Positions 1-8,661 of a stretch of DNA of 37,256 nt are shown in pieces. Positions within the stretch are counted from its first letter, which is position 1, and every line of letters starts with the position of its first letter. The position numbers and the translations under genes are program-made. A model generated the notes under the pieces. That model did no database searches. It was not told the origin of the DNA and saw only the letters and a program-made list of their open reading frames with translations. Where the stretch lies: contig JAKQHQ010000009.1 in NCBI GenBank assembly GCA_029557995.1, forward strand, positions 1-37,256. Reading direction: 5' to 3'. Source of the stretch: an archaeon (lineage in GTDB: Archaea; Iainarchaeota; Iainarchaeia; Iainarchaeales; CSSED10-239).

Positions 1-1453
1 TTTTCTTTTGGATTGCCTGTGGCTCACTTGTCTTAACCCCATTGTAGTCAAACTCAAACACTAGGTTCTTGTCCTTGTTTGTATAGTTGAAGAACTCCTG
101 CTCAAAGTAAAAAAAACCATCTTTAAAATACAGCACAGGTGGGTTTGCCAAAAACAGCTCAAGATAAACTCCCTTGTTTTCGTGGATATTTACAAAATCA
201 GTAATGTCGCTTAACTGCGAGGAGAAGCCAAAGCCATATCTATAGGAATTGTTTACATCTGGGAGAACGAAGTAATAATATACTGTTTTTTCTTCAAATG
301 GCTTGAAATAATATACTCTTTTTTTTGTCTTTGGATATAACATTTTAAATTCCTGTGATACTTGGCTTACCACTAATATTGCCAATTGGTCTTGCGTCTT
401 GTTCTGCATTGTGAGCTTGACTGCAAAAGGGCTGTTTGAAATGTTGTCTAGGGTATAATCTAAGTCCATACCCAATATATCTTTGTAACCCTTTTCTTCA
501 TAGGTTTTTATGTCTTTGTGGATGAAGTTTATTTCTTTTATGCCAAACACTACATTTAGGTTACTTTGGGTGTTTATGCTGTCTTTGGACTCAACTGGGT
601 CTTTTAACTTTTCTAAAATTATATGGCTAGAGTCAACATAGCCAACCTCGTTATATGTTGGGTCCACAGGAATCCAGCCTTGGTTTGGCACATAGACCTC
701 TAACCATGCATGTGGCCCCCATTCAACGCTTGTGTTTGCGTAGCCAACCACATACTTCACTGGGTATCCTTGTGCCCTTAAGATTGCTGCCTCAAGTATT
801 GCAAACTCGTCGCAGACACCTTTCCTGTCTGACAATACCTCTTTTGAATCATTGATACTCTCAACATAATCTATGTTGTATTCCATATAGTCAAAAACCC
901 AGTTGGTGACATTTACAAGGTTTTCCAAAGCGTCATCTGTTGTTTTAAGATTGTTTGCTATTGTCTTTATCTCAAGAGAGTCCGACTGGATAAACCTTGT
1001 TGGCTTCTGGTAATCCTCTTCTTCTTGGATACCATTGCTTAAACTATGCTCAAGGTTGTTTAAAAGAATCTTATTTTCTGAAACTATCGTGCCAGCTGTG
1101 TAAAATACATATTCGTCTTTTGTTATTGAATCTACTTTGAATATAACATATCTGTTATCGTTTTCCGAGACTATCTCCCCAAACACCTTGTTCCCATTCT
1201 CATCAATATAATAGGCATTCACATCAACTGTCTGTGTCCTTGTGCTTGGGAAAATGCTTGTCTTGTAGGTAAAACTATCTGTACTGGTATAGCCGGTTAT
1301 ATAGATTGGCGTCACTATATTTACATCCAGAGACATATGCTTGGTTTTCATTGCAGAAAACTCTAAACTATTGTTATTATCTTCTGCAAAGATTTGGTTT
1401 AGTAACAGCAACAGAACAAAAAATACGCAGATTATTTTGATTTTTAATTTCAT
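1..1453 (-). CDS. Secreted transglutaminase-like (Cys/His/Asp protease-fold) protein; the C-terminus runs off the left window edge
   Basis: Absent from the ORF track because no stop codon lies inside the window. My reverse-strand translation from the ATG at ~1453 stays open to position 1. The N-terminus MKLKIKIICVFFVLLLLLNQIFA looks like a signal peptide. The core shows transglutaminase-type contexts: RKGVCDEFAILEAAILRAQGYP, GPHAWLEVYVPNQGWIPVDPT. Confidence 0.75.
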   Translation of the reverse strand, partial: MKLKIKIICVFFVLLLLLNQIFAEDNNNSLEFSAMKTKHMSLDVNIVTPIYITGYTSTDSFTYKTSIFPSTRTQTVDVNAYYIDENGNKVFGEIVSENDNRYVIFKVDSITKDEYVFYTAGTIVSENKILLNNLEHSLSNGIQEEEDYQKPTRFIQSDSLEIKTIANNLKTTDDALENLVNVTNWVFDYMEYNIDYVESINDSKEVLSDRKGVCDEFAILEAAILRAQGYPVKYVVGYANTSVEWGPHAWLEVYVPNQGWIPVDPTYNEVGYVDSSHIILEKLKDPVESKDSINTQSNLNVVFGIKEINFIHKDIKTYEEKGYKDILGMDLDYTLDNISNSPFAVKLTMQNKTQDQLAILVVSQVSQEFKMLYPKTKKRVYYFKPFEEKTVYYYFVLPDVNNSYRYGFGFSSQLSDITDFVNIHENKGVYLELFLANPPVLYFKDGFFYFEQEFFNYTNKDKNLVFEFDYNGVKTSEPQAIQKK

Positions 1454-1533
1454 TATAAAAAATTAAAGAAACAACAATTTATAATCTTTTTTGTATTTGT
1501 GATTTATGCCATAAAATACAAAAAACAAGTAAA

Positions 1534-1615
1534 TGCAGGAAACAGGATTCGAACCTGCGAAGCACTAAGCACACGGTTCTTAGCCGTGCCCCTTTGACCG
1601 CTCGGGAATTCCTGC
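1534..1615 (-). tRNA. tRNA-Leu (class II); anticodon read as AAG
   Basis: Reverse complement folds as GCAGGAA-TT-CCCG-AGCGGTCAA-AGGG-G-CACGG-CTAAGAA-CCGTG-TGCTTAGTGCTTC-GCAGG-TTCGAAT-CCTGT-TTCCTGC-A. It has a 7-bp acceptor stem, a long variable region, a canonical T-loop and no encoded CCA. Confidence 0.8.
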
Positions 1616-1625
1616 AAGAGCTGGT

Positions 1626-1745
1626 TGCGCTCAGCTCGCACGCAGCCTATTTGTGTATAGCTCTACTATACTGCTGCGCTCAGCTCGCACGCAGCCTATT
1701 TGTGTATAGCTCTACTATACTGCTGCGCTCAAGCTTAGCACACAA
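1626..1745. repeat. 49-bp tandem direct repeat: two identical copies plus a degenerate partial third
   Basis: tgcgctcagctcgcacgcagcctatttgtgtatagctctactatactgc occurs at 1626-1674 and again, identical, at 1675-1723. A third copy starts at 1724 (tgcgctca...) and then diverges. The repeat lies between tRNA-Val and tRNA-Leu. Confidence 0.9.
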
Positions 1746-1758
1746 TCTAAATTAAAAG

Positions 1759-1831
1759 TGGATCTGGGCGGATTCGAACCGCCGATCCCCACCTTGTAAG
1801 GGTGATATCCTAACCGCTAGACCACAGATCC
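1759..1831 (-). tRNA. tRNA-Val (anticodon UAC)
   Basis: Reverse complement folds as GGATCTG-TG-GTCT-AGCGGTTA-GGAT-A-TCACC-CTTACAA-GGTGG-GGATC-GGCGG-TTCGAAT-CCGCC-CAGATCC-A, a 73-nt cloverleaf. Confidence 0.9.
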
Positions 1832-1852
1832 CATAGAAAATACAAGAATTAA

Positions 1853-1868
1853 GTATATATTATAAAAA
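1853..1868 (-). promoter_or_regulatory. Candidate archaeal TATA box for the tRNA-Val / repeat / tRNA-Leu transcription unit
   Basis: On the minus strand TTTTTATAATATATAC is centred roughly 25-30 nt upstream of the mature tRNA-Val 5' end. This spacing is typical for archaeal TATA boxes. Called from the motif only. Confidence 0.3.
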
Positions 1869-1940
1869 CATAAAAATATTTAAATACATAACCCCCCTAA
1901 TAATATTATAATATTTAAAAAAAAGGAGTGGATAAAAGGT

Positions 1941-2315
1941 ATGGATAAAATAAATTTTAAAAAGACTGTTGGTGCGTTTCTTGTCACTATATCTGTCTTG
2001 CTTTTGATGATATCCATTGTTGATTTATTCAATAAAGTGGATTACATCACAGAATATAAGATATGCACAGATATCTCAATGACAGAAAACCAACTAACTA
2101 CTTGTAAAGAGAACGCAACAGAGGGACTTGGCTTTAAAATAAGGGAAAACCAGCTGGACTTGTCTGTATCGCAATATCTCTTGGTGTATCTCAGCGCATT
2201 AGTCAAGATTTTGCTTTCAATCACTTTACTAATTATTGGCGAAAACATCTATAACATAAAGACAGAAAAAAAAGAAATGGCTGTAACAAGACCTATAAAG
2301 AAAGGTAAAAGATAA
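1941..2315 (+). CDS. Hypothetical small membrane protein
   Basis: 124-aa ORF preceded by a GGAGTGG Shine-Dalgarno-like site. It has hydrophobic segments near the N-terminus (GAFLVTISVLLLMISIV) and C-terminus (LLVYLSALVKILLSITLLIIG). No recognisable family. Confidence 0.5.
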   Translation: MDKINFKKTVGAFLVTISVLLLMISIVDLFNKVDYITEYKICTDISMTENQLTTCKENATEGLGFKIRENQLDLSVSQYLLVYLSALVKILLSITLLIIGENIYNIKTEKKEMAVTRPIKKGKR

Positions 2316-2327
2316 CCCCTTTCTTTT

Positions 2328-4139
2328 TCATATCCCAAGTTCCTGATAGGTTAAGACATGTATCTGGCTGTCTTTGACTCCGTTTGAGCTTCTTACAACA
2401 AGAATACTTGCGCCTTTTTCTTTAGCAAGCTCCTTAATCATGTCGTTCAACTCAGAATCAACAGCGATTGCAAACAGCTTGTCGGACTCAAACTCCCTTA
2501 GCTTGTGCTCCACATCGTTTGCAAGGCAACTGCTTATCCTTCTAAACTTCTCGTTTAGAAACCTCGCCTCGTTCTTGTCCTTTATCTCTGCTATGATTTT
2601 TGAAAGGTTTTGCTTTATCTCATCAGTTATTTTTGGTAGAGTAACCTGCTTGGGCTTTGATTCTTCCTTTCTAATTATTTGCTCTACCTTTTTTTCAGTT
2701 TGTGCTTTAACTTCAATTTCTGGTTCAACCACTACTTTTTCAGCAAACTCCTCAATCTTTTTATCCAGCTCCTCCTTAAATGAATCCACTGTCTTTGAGA
2801 TTGTTGTCTTTGAGATTGTCTTTGCCTCAAAACTTGGCTTCTGTGCAATCACCTTCTTCTTGTTGCTGTCGTCTACCTGTTGCGATTTCATCAGCGACTC
2901 GCTTTTTTGGTTGTTAAATGCAGCCGGTGCCTCTTGCTTTCCAAACTCAGATACCTGCGTCTGCTGGCTTTCCTGTCTATTGTGATTATCAAACCATCTG
3001 TGTTTTTCAAACCTATTACCTTGCTCTCTTCTTTGGTTATCCCTGCGCCCCCTGTCTCTATCCCTGTATTCTTTAGTCACATCAACCCGTTCTATGTCTG
3101 GTATCTCAGACAAGAGATTACTGAAAAAATTATCTGAATCAACGCTGTGCTTTTGGGCTTGTGGCATAAACTTTGGCTCCTGCGTGTTTTCCAAGAACTT
3201 TCCTGGATTTCTAATCTCTGAGGCTGTTGTTGAGAATTTTGTGGCCTTGATAATACCTGGTTGCTTTGTTAGATTAGGGCTTATGCTCAACTCCCTCTGC
3301 TCGTAAACCTGTGCATTCCCTGAAACATAGCTTGCTTTCACTCTTTTTCTTAAGGCCTGATTGATTTCTTTTTGCGTAAGCTCTTCAACCTCTTTCCCAT
3401 CTGGGGCCCTTGCAATGTAATCAACCTTTATTGACTTAAGCAACTGCTGTTGCTGGATGTCACCACCATGATCTCCATCCAAAAATATGGTTACTGTCTT
3501 TTGCCTTGCGATATCCTCCAAGGTACGAGGTATCCTTGCCCCACCTGTCGCTATAACGTTTGTGAAGCCGTATCTCAAAAGTGTTAGTACATCAGCCCTA
3601 CCTTCTACGATAATAAGCTCCTTGTTTGAATCAATTGCAGGCCCAGCAGCAAGCCTTTCATTGCCGTAAGACACAATCTCTTTTGTCTTTAATGTGTCTG
3701 TTATCTCATCCATCAGCTCTCTTGTGTCTGGAATCTCTTCTTGCATCAACTTTCCAAGAAGCTCTATAGCCCTTTGCTTTATCAGCTGCCTCTTTAGCCC
3801 CCTTGTGTCTTCTATCTGCCTTACCTTAAATACTGCGTCGCAAGGTCCTACTTTTTCTATGGTTTCAATTGATGCTGCGATTATTGCTGTCTCCACCATA
3901 GAAATACTGCAGGGTAGCTTTAAGACCCCTCTCACCTTGTTTTGTGACTGACTGGACTCAATTTCAATTCTTCCAATCTTTCCATTCTGTTGCAGTTCCT
4001 TAATGTCAAGGTTTGCGCCAAGAAGCCCCTCAGACTGCCCAAATATCGCACCAATTATGTCTGGTCTCTCCACAAGCCCATTAACCTCAAAATCTGCAAC
4101 AATCAAGTATTTAATTGTCTCTATATATGTCTTTCCCAT
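2328..4139 (-). CDS. dnaG: Archaeal DnaG-type primase (Toprim) with a long low-complexity insert
   Basis: N-terminal archaeal DnaG pattern (IVADFEVNGLVERPDIIGAIFGQSEGLLG). Toprim core (IIVEGRADVLTLLRYGF ... IFLDGDHGGD). A conserved-looking C-terminal domain follows a ~200-aa charged region. Confidence 0.88.
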   Translation of the reverse strand: MGKTYIETIKYLIVADFEVNGLVERPDIIGAIFGQSEGLLGANLDIKELQQNGKIGRIEIESSQSQNKVRGVLKLPCSISMVETAIIAASIETIEKVGPCDAVFKVRQIEDTRGLKRQLIKQRAIELLGKLMQEEIPDTRELMDEITDTLKTKEIVSYGNERLAAGPAIDSNKELIIVEGRADVLTLLRYGFTNVIATGGARIPRTLEDIARQKTVTIFLDGDHGGDIQQQQLLKSIKVDYIARAPDGKEVEELTQKEINQALRKRVKASYVSGNAQVYEQRELSISPNLTKQPGIIKATKFSTTASEIRNPGKFLENTQEPKFMPQAQKHSVDSDNFFSNLLSEIPDIERVDVTKEYRDRDRGRRDNQRREQGNRFEKHRWFDNHNRQESQQTQVSEFGKQEAPAAFNNQKSESLMKSQQVDDSNKKKVIAQKPSFEAKTISKTTISKTVDSFKEELDKKIEEFAEKVVVEPEIEVKAQTEKKVEQIIRKEESKPKQVTLPKITDEIKQNLSKIIAEIKDKNEARFLNEKFRRISSCLANDVEHKLREFESDKLFAIAVDSELNDMIKELAKEKGASILVVRSSNGVKDSQIHVLTYQELGI

Positions 4140-4218
4140 AATATAATGTCACTTCCTTTTATTGTATGGTTATCCAAAAATAGATTAATCTTTCTTAGAT
4201 TAATAAAAAGCTAAGAGC

Positions 4219-4440
4219 TTAAAGAAATTGAATCTGTTTAATCTTAGACTTTTCGCCTTTAATTATCTTGATGTTATAACCCATGTCCTTAAAGATTTGT
4301 ATTATCTCTTTATTTGCCTTTCCGGCTATTGGCAGGGAGTCAAGCTTCAGCTTGTAGTTTCCCTCATCCAGCCTTTGCAAATCTGTCTTTTTTGCATTGC
4401 AAATCACATGCAAAGTCAATACTTGGTTTTTTTGAAACAT
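4219..4440 (-). CDS. DUF167 / YggU-family small protein
   Basis: 73 aa with the family pattern LTLHVICNAKKTDL ... LKLDSLPIAGKANKEIIQIF. Confidence 0.65.
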   Translation of the reverse strand: MFQKNQVLTLHVICNAKKTDLQRLDEGNYKLKLDSLPIAGKANKEIIQIFKDMGYNIKIIKGEKSKIKQIQFL

Positions 4441-4586
4441 TTGTACATTTCTTTAAGCTTAATTGCCTTTAACAATCTTTAATTAATCTATAGTTTGAAT
4501 ATTTTAATTTATTAATTAATATATAATTTATGCACAAATACATATATAAATAAGTCCTTTCTTTATATATTAAACAGGAACTTGCT

Positions 4587-4982
4587 ATGAAAAACAAACA
4601 GAAGGGTTCAAACGCCGAGAGGGAACTTCTTTTTGCACTTTTTGAGAAGGGCTTTGCAGTGTCTAGGGTTGCTGGCTCTGGTTCTTCACAATTGCCAACC
4701 CCAGACGTACTTGGGTTTAAGAACGGAAAGGCAGTTGCAATAGAGTGCAAGACAAAAAAAGGGGAATACCTGAACATAAGAAGAGAGCAAATAGAGGAGC
4801 TTATACTCTGGGAAAAGCTTAGCGGGCTTAATGCCTACATTGCTTGGAGGATTGGGAAGGGAAACTGGTATTTTGTAGGGCTTTGCGGGCTTAAAAACAC
4901 AAAAAAGGCATATTCCATAAAAAGGGCAGAGATTCTGGAGATTGGCTTGAATTTCCAGGAATTTGTAAAGCAATTCTCTTAA
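4587..4982 (+). CDS. hjc: Holliday junction resolvase Hjc
   Basis: 131 aa. Motifs KGSNAERELLFALFEKGFAVSRVAGSG ... PDVLGFKNGKAVAIECKT match the archaeal Hjc nuclease core (E...D...E-x-K). Confidence 0.88.
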   Translation: MKNKQKGSNAERELLFALFEKGFAVSRVAGSGSSQLPTPDVLGFKNGKAVAIECKTKKGEYLNIRREQIEELILWEKLSGLNAYIAWRIGKGNWYFVGLCGLKNTKKAYSIKRAEILEIGLNFQEFVKQFS

Positions 4983-5054
4983 AAAAGAGGGCTTTAAATA
5001 TTGTTTCTTACATAAGAATATATATATTATCTAACTTGAAAACATGTGGTTTAA

Positions 5055-5198
5055 ATGGCTTACTTGGAAATTGAAGATATAATCAACTCCCTTGACAGAG
5101 AAGCAAAAAAAGAGAAAAGCTTAAGAAACAAATGTCTTTACGAGACAGCCATAAAGGCACTAAATGAATTAAAGGTTAGAAAAATAAATAACAAATAA
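5055..5198 (+). CDS. Possible 47-aa small ORF (below the ORF-track length cutoff)
   Basis: ATG...TAA reading MAYLEIEDIINSLDREAKKEKSLRNKCLYETAIKALNELKVRKINNK. It sits in an otherwise empty 245-nt gap. No family recognised and no clear SD. Confidence 0.15.
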   Translation: MAYLEIEDIINSLDREAKKEKSLRNKCLYETAIKALNELKVRKINNK

Positions 5199-5227
5199 AC
5201 ATTGTGCAAAACTACCATTGTACAAAA

Positions 5228-5575
5228 CTACAATAGCTTGTATTTTCTTGTAAACTGGTCAATCTCACTTTCCTTGATTGGACCAATGCCAAGGCAAGTG
5301 ATGTCTGGTCCTGGAAGCTGGGTTCTGCCTGCGTCCTTTATTAAGACACATGGGAACTTGTTTTTTATTGACTGATATAACCCCAGTAACTCTTCTTTGC
5401 TGTCTATCTTGAGGATTACCTTTTTTTGTCCTTCTTCTAGCCAGCCCTCAACAGCTTTTGGGTCTTTCTTGGAAGTAAGTATGTACGCCTCAACTGCAGC
5501 ATGGCTGACTTGACCAGCAATCTTTCCCTTGCCAAGCTTTAAATCATTCCTGAAAATAATAACTTGCTTATACAT
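5228..5575 (-). CDS. pth2: Peptidyl-tRNA hydrolase, archaeal type (Pth2)
   Basis: 115 aa with LKLGKGKIAGQVSHAAVEAY and CVLIKDAGRTQLPGPDITCLGIGP, characteristic of PTH2. Confidence 0.9.
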   Translation of the reverse strand: MYKQVIIFRNDLKLGKGKIAGQVSHAAVEAYILTSKKDPKAVEGWLEEGQKKVILKIDSKEELLGLYQSIKNKFPCVLIKDAGRTQLPGPDITCLGIGPIKESEIDQFTRKYKLL

Positions 5576-5588
5576 TTTTTTTCAGTTC

Positions 5589-5930
5589 TCAGCTTGAATC
5601 TTCATTAACCATCCCAAGGTAAGTCATGGTATAGGACACTTGCTGTTTGCCCCACAGTGAGGTAACTACCTTTGGCTCACCAATATAGAAAATAGTGCTA
5701 TATTCATAACCCCTATGCTCGTTTTTCACTGAATAATGCCTATCATACTCCACTTGGGCGCCGTTTGCCCGAGCAGCAAGCAACTTGAAGACATATAGCC
5801 CATTGTCCAATTCAAATTGCTCATCAACACTCACATCAACCGCTTTCTCTTCCCTTGAGCTTTTCTTTGGGTTTTCCATGTCAACCACTTTTTTAAGTAT
5901 ATGGAATTTCGCTTTCATACTTCTTTTCAC
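5589..5930 (-). CDS. Hypothetical protein
   Basis: 113-aa ORF whose ATG has a GGAGTGA SD-like site ~9 nt upstream. Co-directional with kae1 but separated from it by ~200 nt. No recognisable motif. Confidence 0.5.
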   Translation of the reverse strand: MKRSMKAKFHILKKVVDMENPKKSSREEKAVDVSVDEQFELDNGLYVFKLLAARANGAQVEYDRHYSVKNEHRGYEYSTIFYIGEPKVVTSLWGKQQVSYTMTYLGMVNEDSS

Positions 5931-6129
5931 TCCTATGGTTTTTTAAAAAATTTAGAATTTTTTGTAGTTCTTAATAACAATAAGACAAATAAGTTTAAAA
6001 ACAGATTTCTCTTAAGTCCTTTTAAGGTAATTCTGCCTTTTCAAGACCCTTTTTGGCTTTGCTATCCTTTCAATTTTAGCTATTGGCTTTTTCTTTAGTT
6101 CTTTGCATTGTTTTGCATAAAAACCAAAT

Positions 6130-7137
6130 TCACCAATCAATCTTTACCTGGTCTGTCCTGAACTTTGGGTTTATCTTCGTATCGCAAAGCCTCATCCCGC
6201 CTTTCCTTCCATAGCTATAAATATAATGCTTCAAGCCAAGGTCTGCAATAAGCGCCCCATTATCTAAGCATACAATTTCTGGTGGTATGTAGAGTGTGGC
6301 GTTGCTTTGCGAGCACAGCTTTTCAAGCATCTCCTTTAGAGCCCTGCTTGCAGCAACCCCGCCTATAACAAGCACCTCTTTTTTCTTTGTGTATGAAAGC
6401 GCCCTATCTGTGACCTCCAAAAGCATTGCATAAGCTGTGTGCATAAATGAATATATTAAATCCTCAGTTTTTTCTTTGCCTATCTTTTTTTTCGTGGCTG
6501 TCAAAAGCCCAGAAAACGCCAAATCCATACCTTTCACAGAATATGGCAAATCAATGTAATGTCTTTTCTTGTTGTCCATATATATCTTGTCAAGTATTGG
6601 CCCGCCTGGAAAACCATAACCCAAATCCCTTGCAAAAGAATCAAAAAGGTTTCCTATGCCTATGTCAAGAGTTTCCCCTAAAATTTTGTAATAGCCACTG
6701 TCTTTAGCGATTATCTGCGTGTTTGCGCCGGAAGTGTAGATTACAAGCGGGTCCTTGCATTTTAGTATGGTTTTCCCTAGCTCTATGTGGCTTACACAAT
6801 GGTTAACCCCAATGATTGGCTTTTTGTATTTTTCTGCCAATGCTCTAGCAACAGTTGCTGAAACTGTTAGACATGGCGCAAGCCCAGGCCCCTGCGAAAA
6901 GGCAATGACATCTATATCATTAATTTTTAACTTTGCTTGCCCTAGGGCTTGTTTTAGAATATCCAGAGCAACATTGTAGTGATGCATTGAGACGTCAAAG
7001 GGCCTCAGGCCTTCTGCCTTGCCAATTACTGTATACTGGCTCTTTGGATTAGAAAGAATGCTTCCCTTGGAATCTATTATCCCAACGCCAAATGTGTGTG
7101 CTGTGCTTTCAATCCCAAGGCAAATTGTTTTTCCCAT
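6130..7137 (-). CDS. kae1: tRNA N6-adenosine threonylcarbamoyltransferase Kae1 (stand-alone, no Bud32 fusion)
   Basis: 335 aa. CLGIESTAHTFGVGII N-terminus, HCVSHIE metal-site context, and ASKHA-fold length typical of Kae1. Confidence 0.9.
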   Translation of the reverse strand: MGKTICLGIESTAHTFGVGIIDSKGSILSNPKSQYTVIGKAEGLRPFDVSMHHYNVALDILKQALGQAKLKINDIDVIAFSQGPGLAPCLTVSATVARALAEKYKKPIIGVNHCVSHIELGKTILKCKDPLVIYTSGANTQIIAKDSGYYKILGETLDIGIGNLFDSFARDLGYGFPGGPILDKIYMDNKKRHYIDLPYSVKGMDLAFSGLLTATKKKIGKEKTEDLIYSFMHTAYAMLLEVTDRALSYTKKKEVLVIGGVAASRALKEMLEKLCSQSNATLYIPPEIVCLDNGALIADLGLKHYIYSYGRKGGMRLCDTKINPKFRTDQVKIDW

Positions 7138-7199
7138 AAATATGTTTGAGGGGATATGTTTTTAATAGCTTTATTCCTAAATTATATTTGTGATAGGAA

Positions 7200-8648
7200 A
7201 TGGCAATAAAACTCTATAACACCGCTACAAGAAAAAAAGAGACATTCAAGTCAATTCTCCCAAATACACTAAAAATATATGTATGTGGGGTAACAATTTA
7301 CGATGACGTGCATATAGGGCATGCGTTTTCCTATATAAATTACGATATTTTGGTGAATTATTTCAAGCATTTTCTTGGCTATGACATAGTATATGTGAGA
7401 AACATAACAGATGTTGGGCACCTGACTGACGATAGTGCTGGTGGCGATTCTGGGGAAGACAAGGTTGAAAAAAGGGCAACTGAAAGAAAGATGCATCCAA
7501 TGGAGCTTGTATACACCTATAGCCACAGGATGTGGAAATATTTTGATGCCCTTAATATATCAAGACCAAACCTTGAACCATGTGCTTCGGCCCATATCCT
7601 TGAGATGCAAGAATGGATTAAAAAAATGCTGAATAACGGATTTGCATATGAGGTGAATGGAAATATCTATTATGACATATCCAAGTTTAAGGGTTATGGA
7701 AAGTTTGCAAACAAGAATATAGACGAGCTTGAAAAAGACACAAGGTTTGAAAATGATAAGAACAAGAGGCATCCAGCTGACTTTGCATTGTGGATAAAGG
7801 CAAGGCCAGAGCACATCCTCAAATGGACATCGCCTTGGGGCGAAGGTTATCCTGGATGGCATCTGGAGTGTTCAGTCATGAGCACCAAATACCTTGGCGA
7901 TAGATTTGATATACATGGTGGAGGCATAGAACATATATTCCCACACCATCAAAACGAGATTGCACAAAACTACGGCTATTACCAGCACGATGTGGTAAAC
8001 TATTGGGTGCATACAGCAATGCTTATGGTTGATGGAAAAAAGATGGGTAAGTCGCTTGGAAACTTCATAACAATTGAGGAGTTCCTAAAAAAACATTCAG
8101 CTGAATCCCTAAGGTATCTTTTCAGCAGTGGGCACTACAGGAAACCGCAGAACTACACTGAAAGCTCGATTATGGATGCTGAAGTAGCGATTGAAAGAAT
8201 AAACAACTTCATCAAGCGCCTTCAGGAGATAGATAACGACAGGGATACAAGCTATGCAAAGGAAATCATAGACAACACCATTGAAAACTTCAAGAACGCA
8301 ATGAACGATGATCTCAACACTCCTTCAGCTTGGGCAAGCATATGGTTTTTAGTCAAAGAGGCGAACAGGCTTATAGGCAATAACCAGCTTACAAAGGAAG
8401 AGGCAAACAGCGTACTTGATTTCCTGCAAAAGGTAAATCTTGTATTCAAGGTGTTTAATTTTGAGCAAGCCACCACAAAAGACAAAAACAAGATACAAAG
8501 GGCTGAGATTGAAGAGCTGATACAGAAAAGAAACGAGCTGAGAAAACAGAAAAAATGGGAAGAGGCAGATTTGATACGGCTAAACCTTGAAAAGAAAGGC
8601 GTGCTTCTAAGCGATTCGCCATCTGGAACATCTTGGCATTATGAGTAA
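7200..8648 (+). CDS. cysS: Cysteinyl-tRNA synthetase
   Basis: 482 aa. Class I HIGH motif (VHIGHAFSY), KMGKSLGN (KMSKS) motif, and WHLECS zinc/cysteine-site context. Confidence 0.93.
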   Translation: MAIKLYNTATRKKETFKSILPNTLKIYVCGVTIYDDVHIGHAFSYINYDILVNYFKHFLGYDIVYVRNITDVGHLTDDSAGGDSGEDKVEKRATERKMHPMELVYTYSHRMWKYFDALNISRPNLEPCASAHILEMQEWIKKMLNNGFAYEVNGNIYYDISKFKGYGKFANKNIDELEKDTRFENDKNKRHPADFALWIKARPEHILKWTSPWGEGYPGWHLECSVMSTKYLGDRFDIHGGGIEHIFPHHQNEIAQNYGYYQHDVVNYWVHTAMLMVDGKKMGKSLGNFITIEEFLKKHSAESLRYLFSSGHYRKPQNYTESSIMDAEVAIERINNFIKRLQEIDNDRDTSYAKEIIDNTIENFKNAMNDDLNTPSAWASIWFLVKEANRLIGNNQLTKEEANSVLDFLQKVNLVFKVFNFEQATTKDKNKIQRAEIEELIQKRNELRKQKKWEEADLIRLNLEKKGVLLSDSPSGTSWHYE

Positions 8649-8661
8649 TTTTATGTTACTT

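Noticed and set aside
655-855. 66-aa plus-strand ORF
   Set aside because: It lies antisense inside the transglutaminase-like CDS, which is open across the whole region on the minus strand.
1626-1745. Possible CRISPR array
   Set aside because: The repeat units are directly abutting with no spacers. There are only about 2.4 copies and no cas genes in the window.
2374-4214. Plus-strand ORFs inside dnaG (2374..2985, 2880..3137, 3094..3306, 3487..3669, 3694..3951, 3990..4214)
   Set aside because: These are shadow ORFs antisense to a confidently identified gene, with Ser/Leu/Phe/Cys-rich nonsense composition. The same applies to other antisense or overlapping track ORFs within cysS, asnS, ileS, the thermosome, the methyltransferase, the coiled-coil gene, the surface protein, aIF2-gamma, aIF5B and the pilin-like gene.
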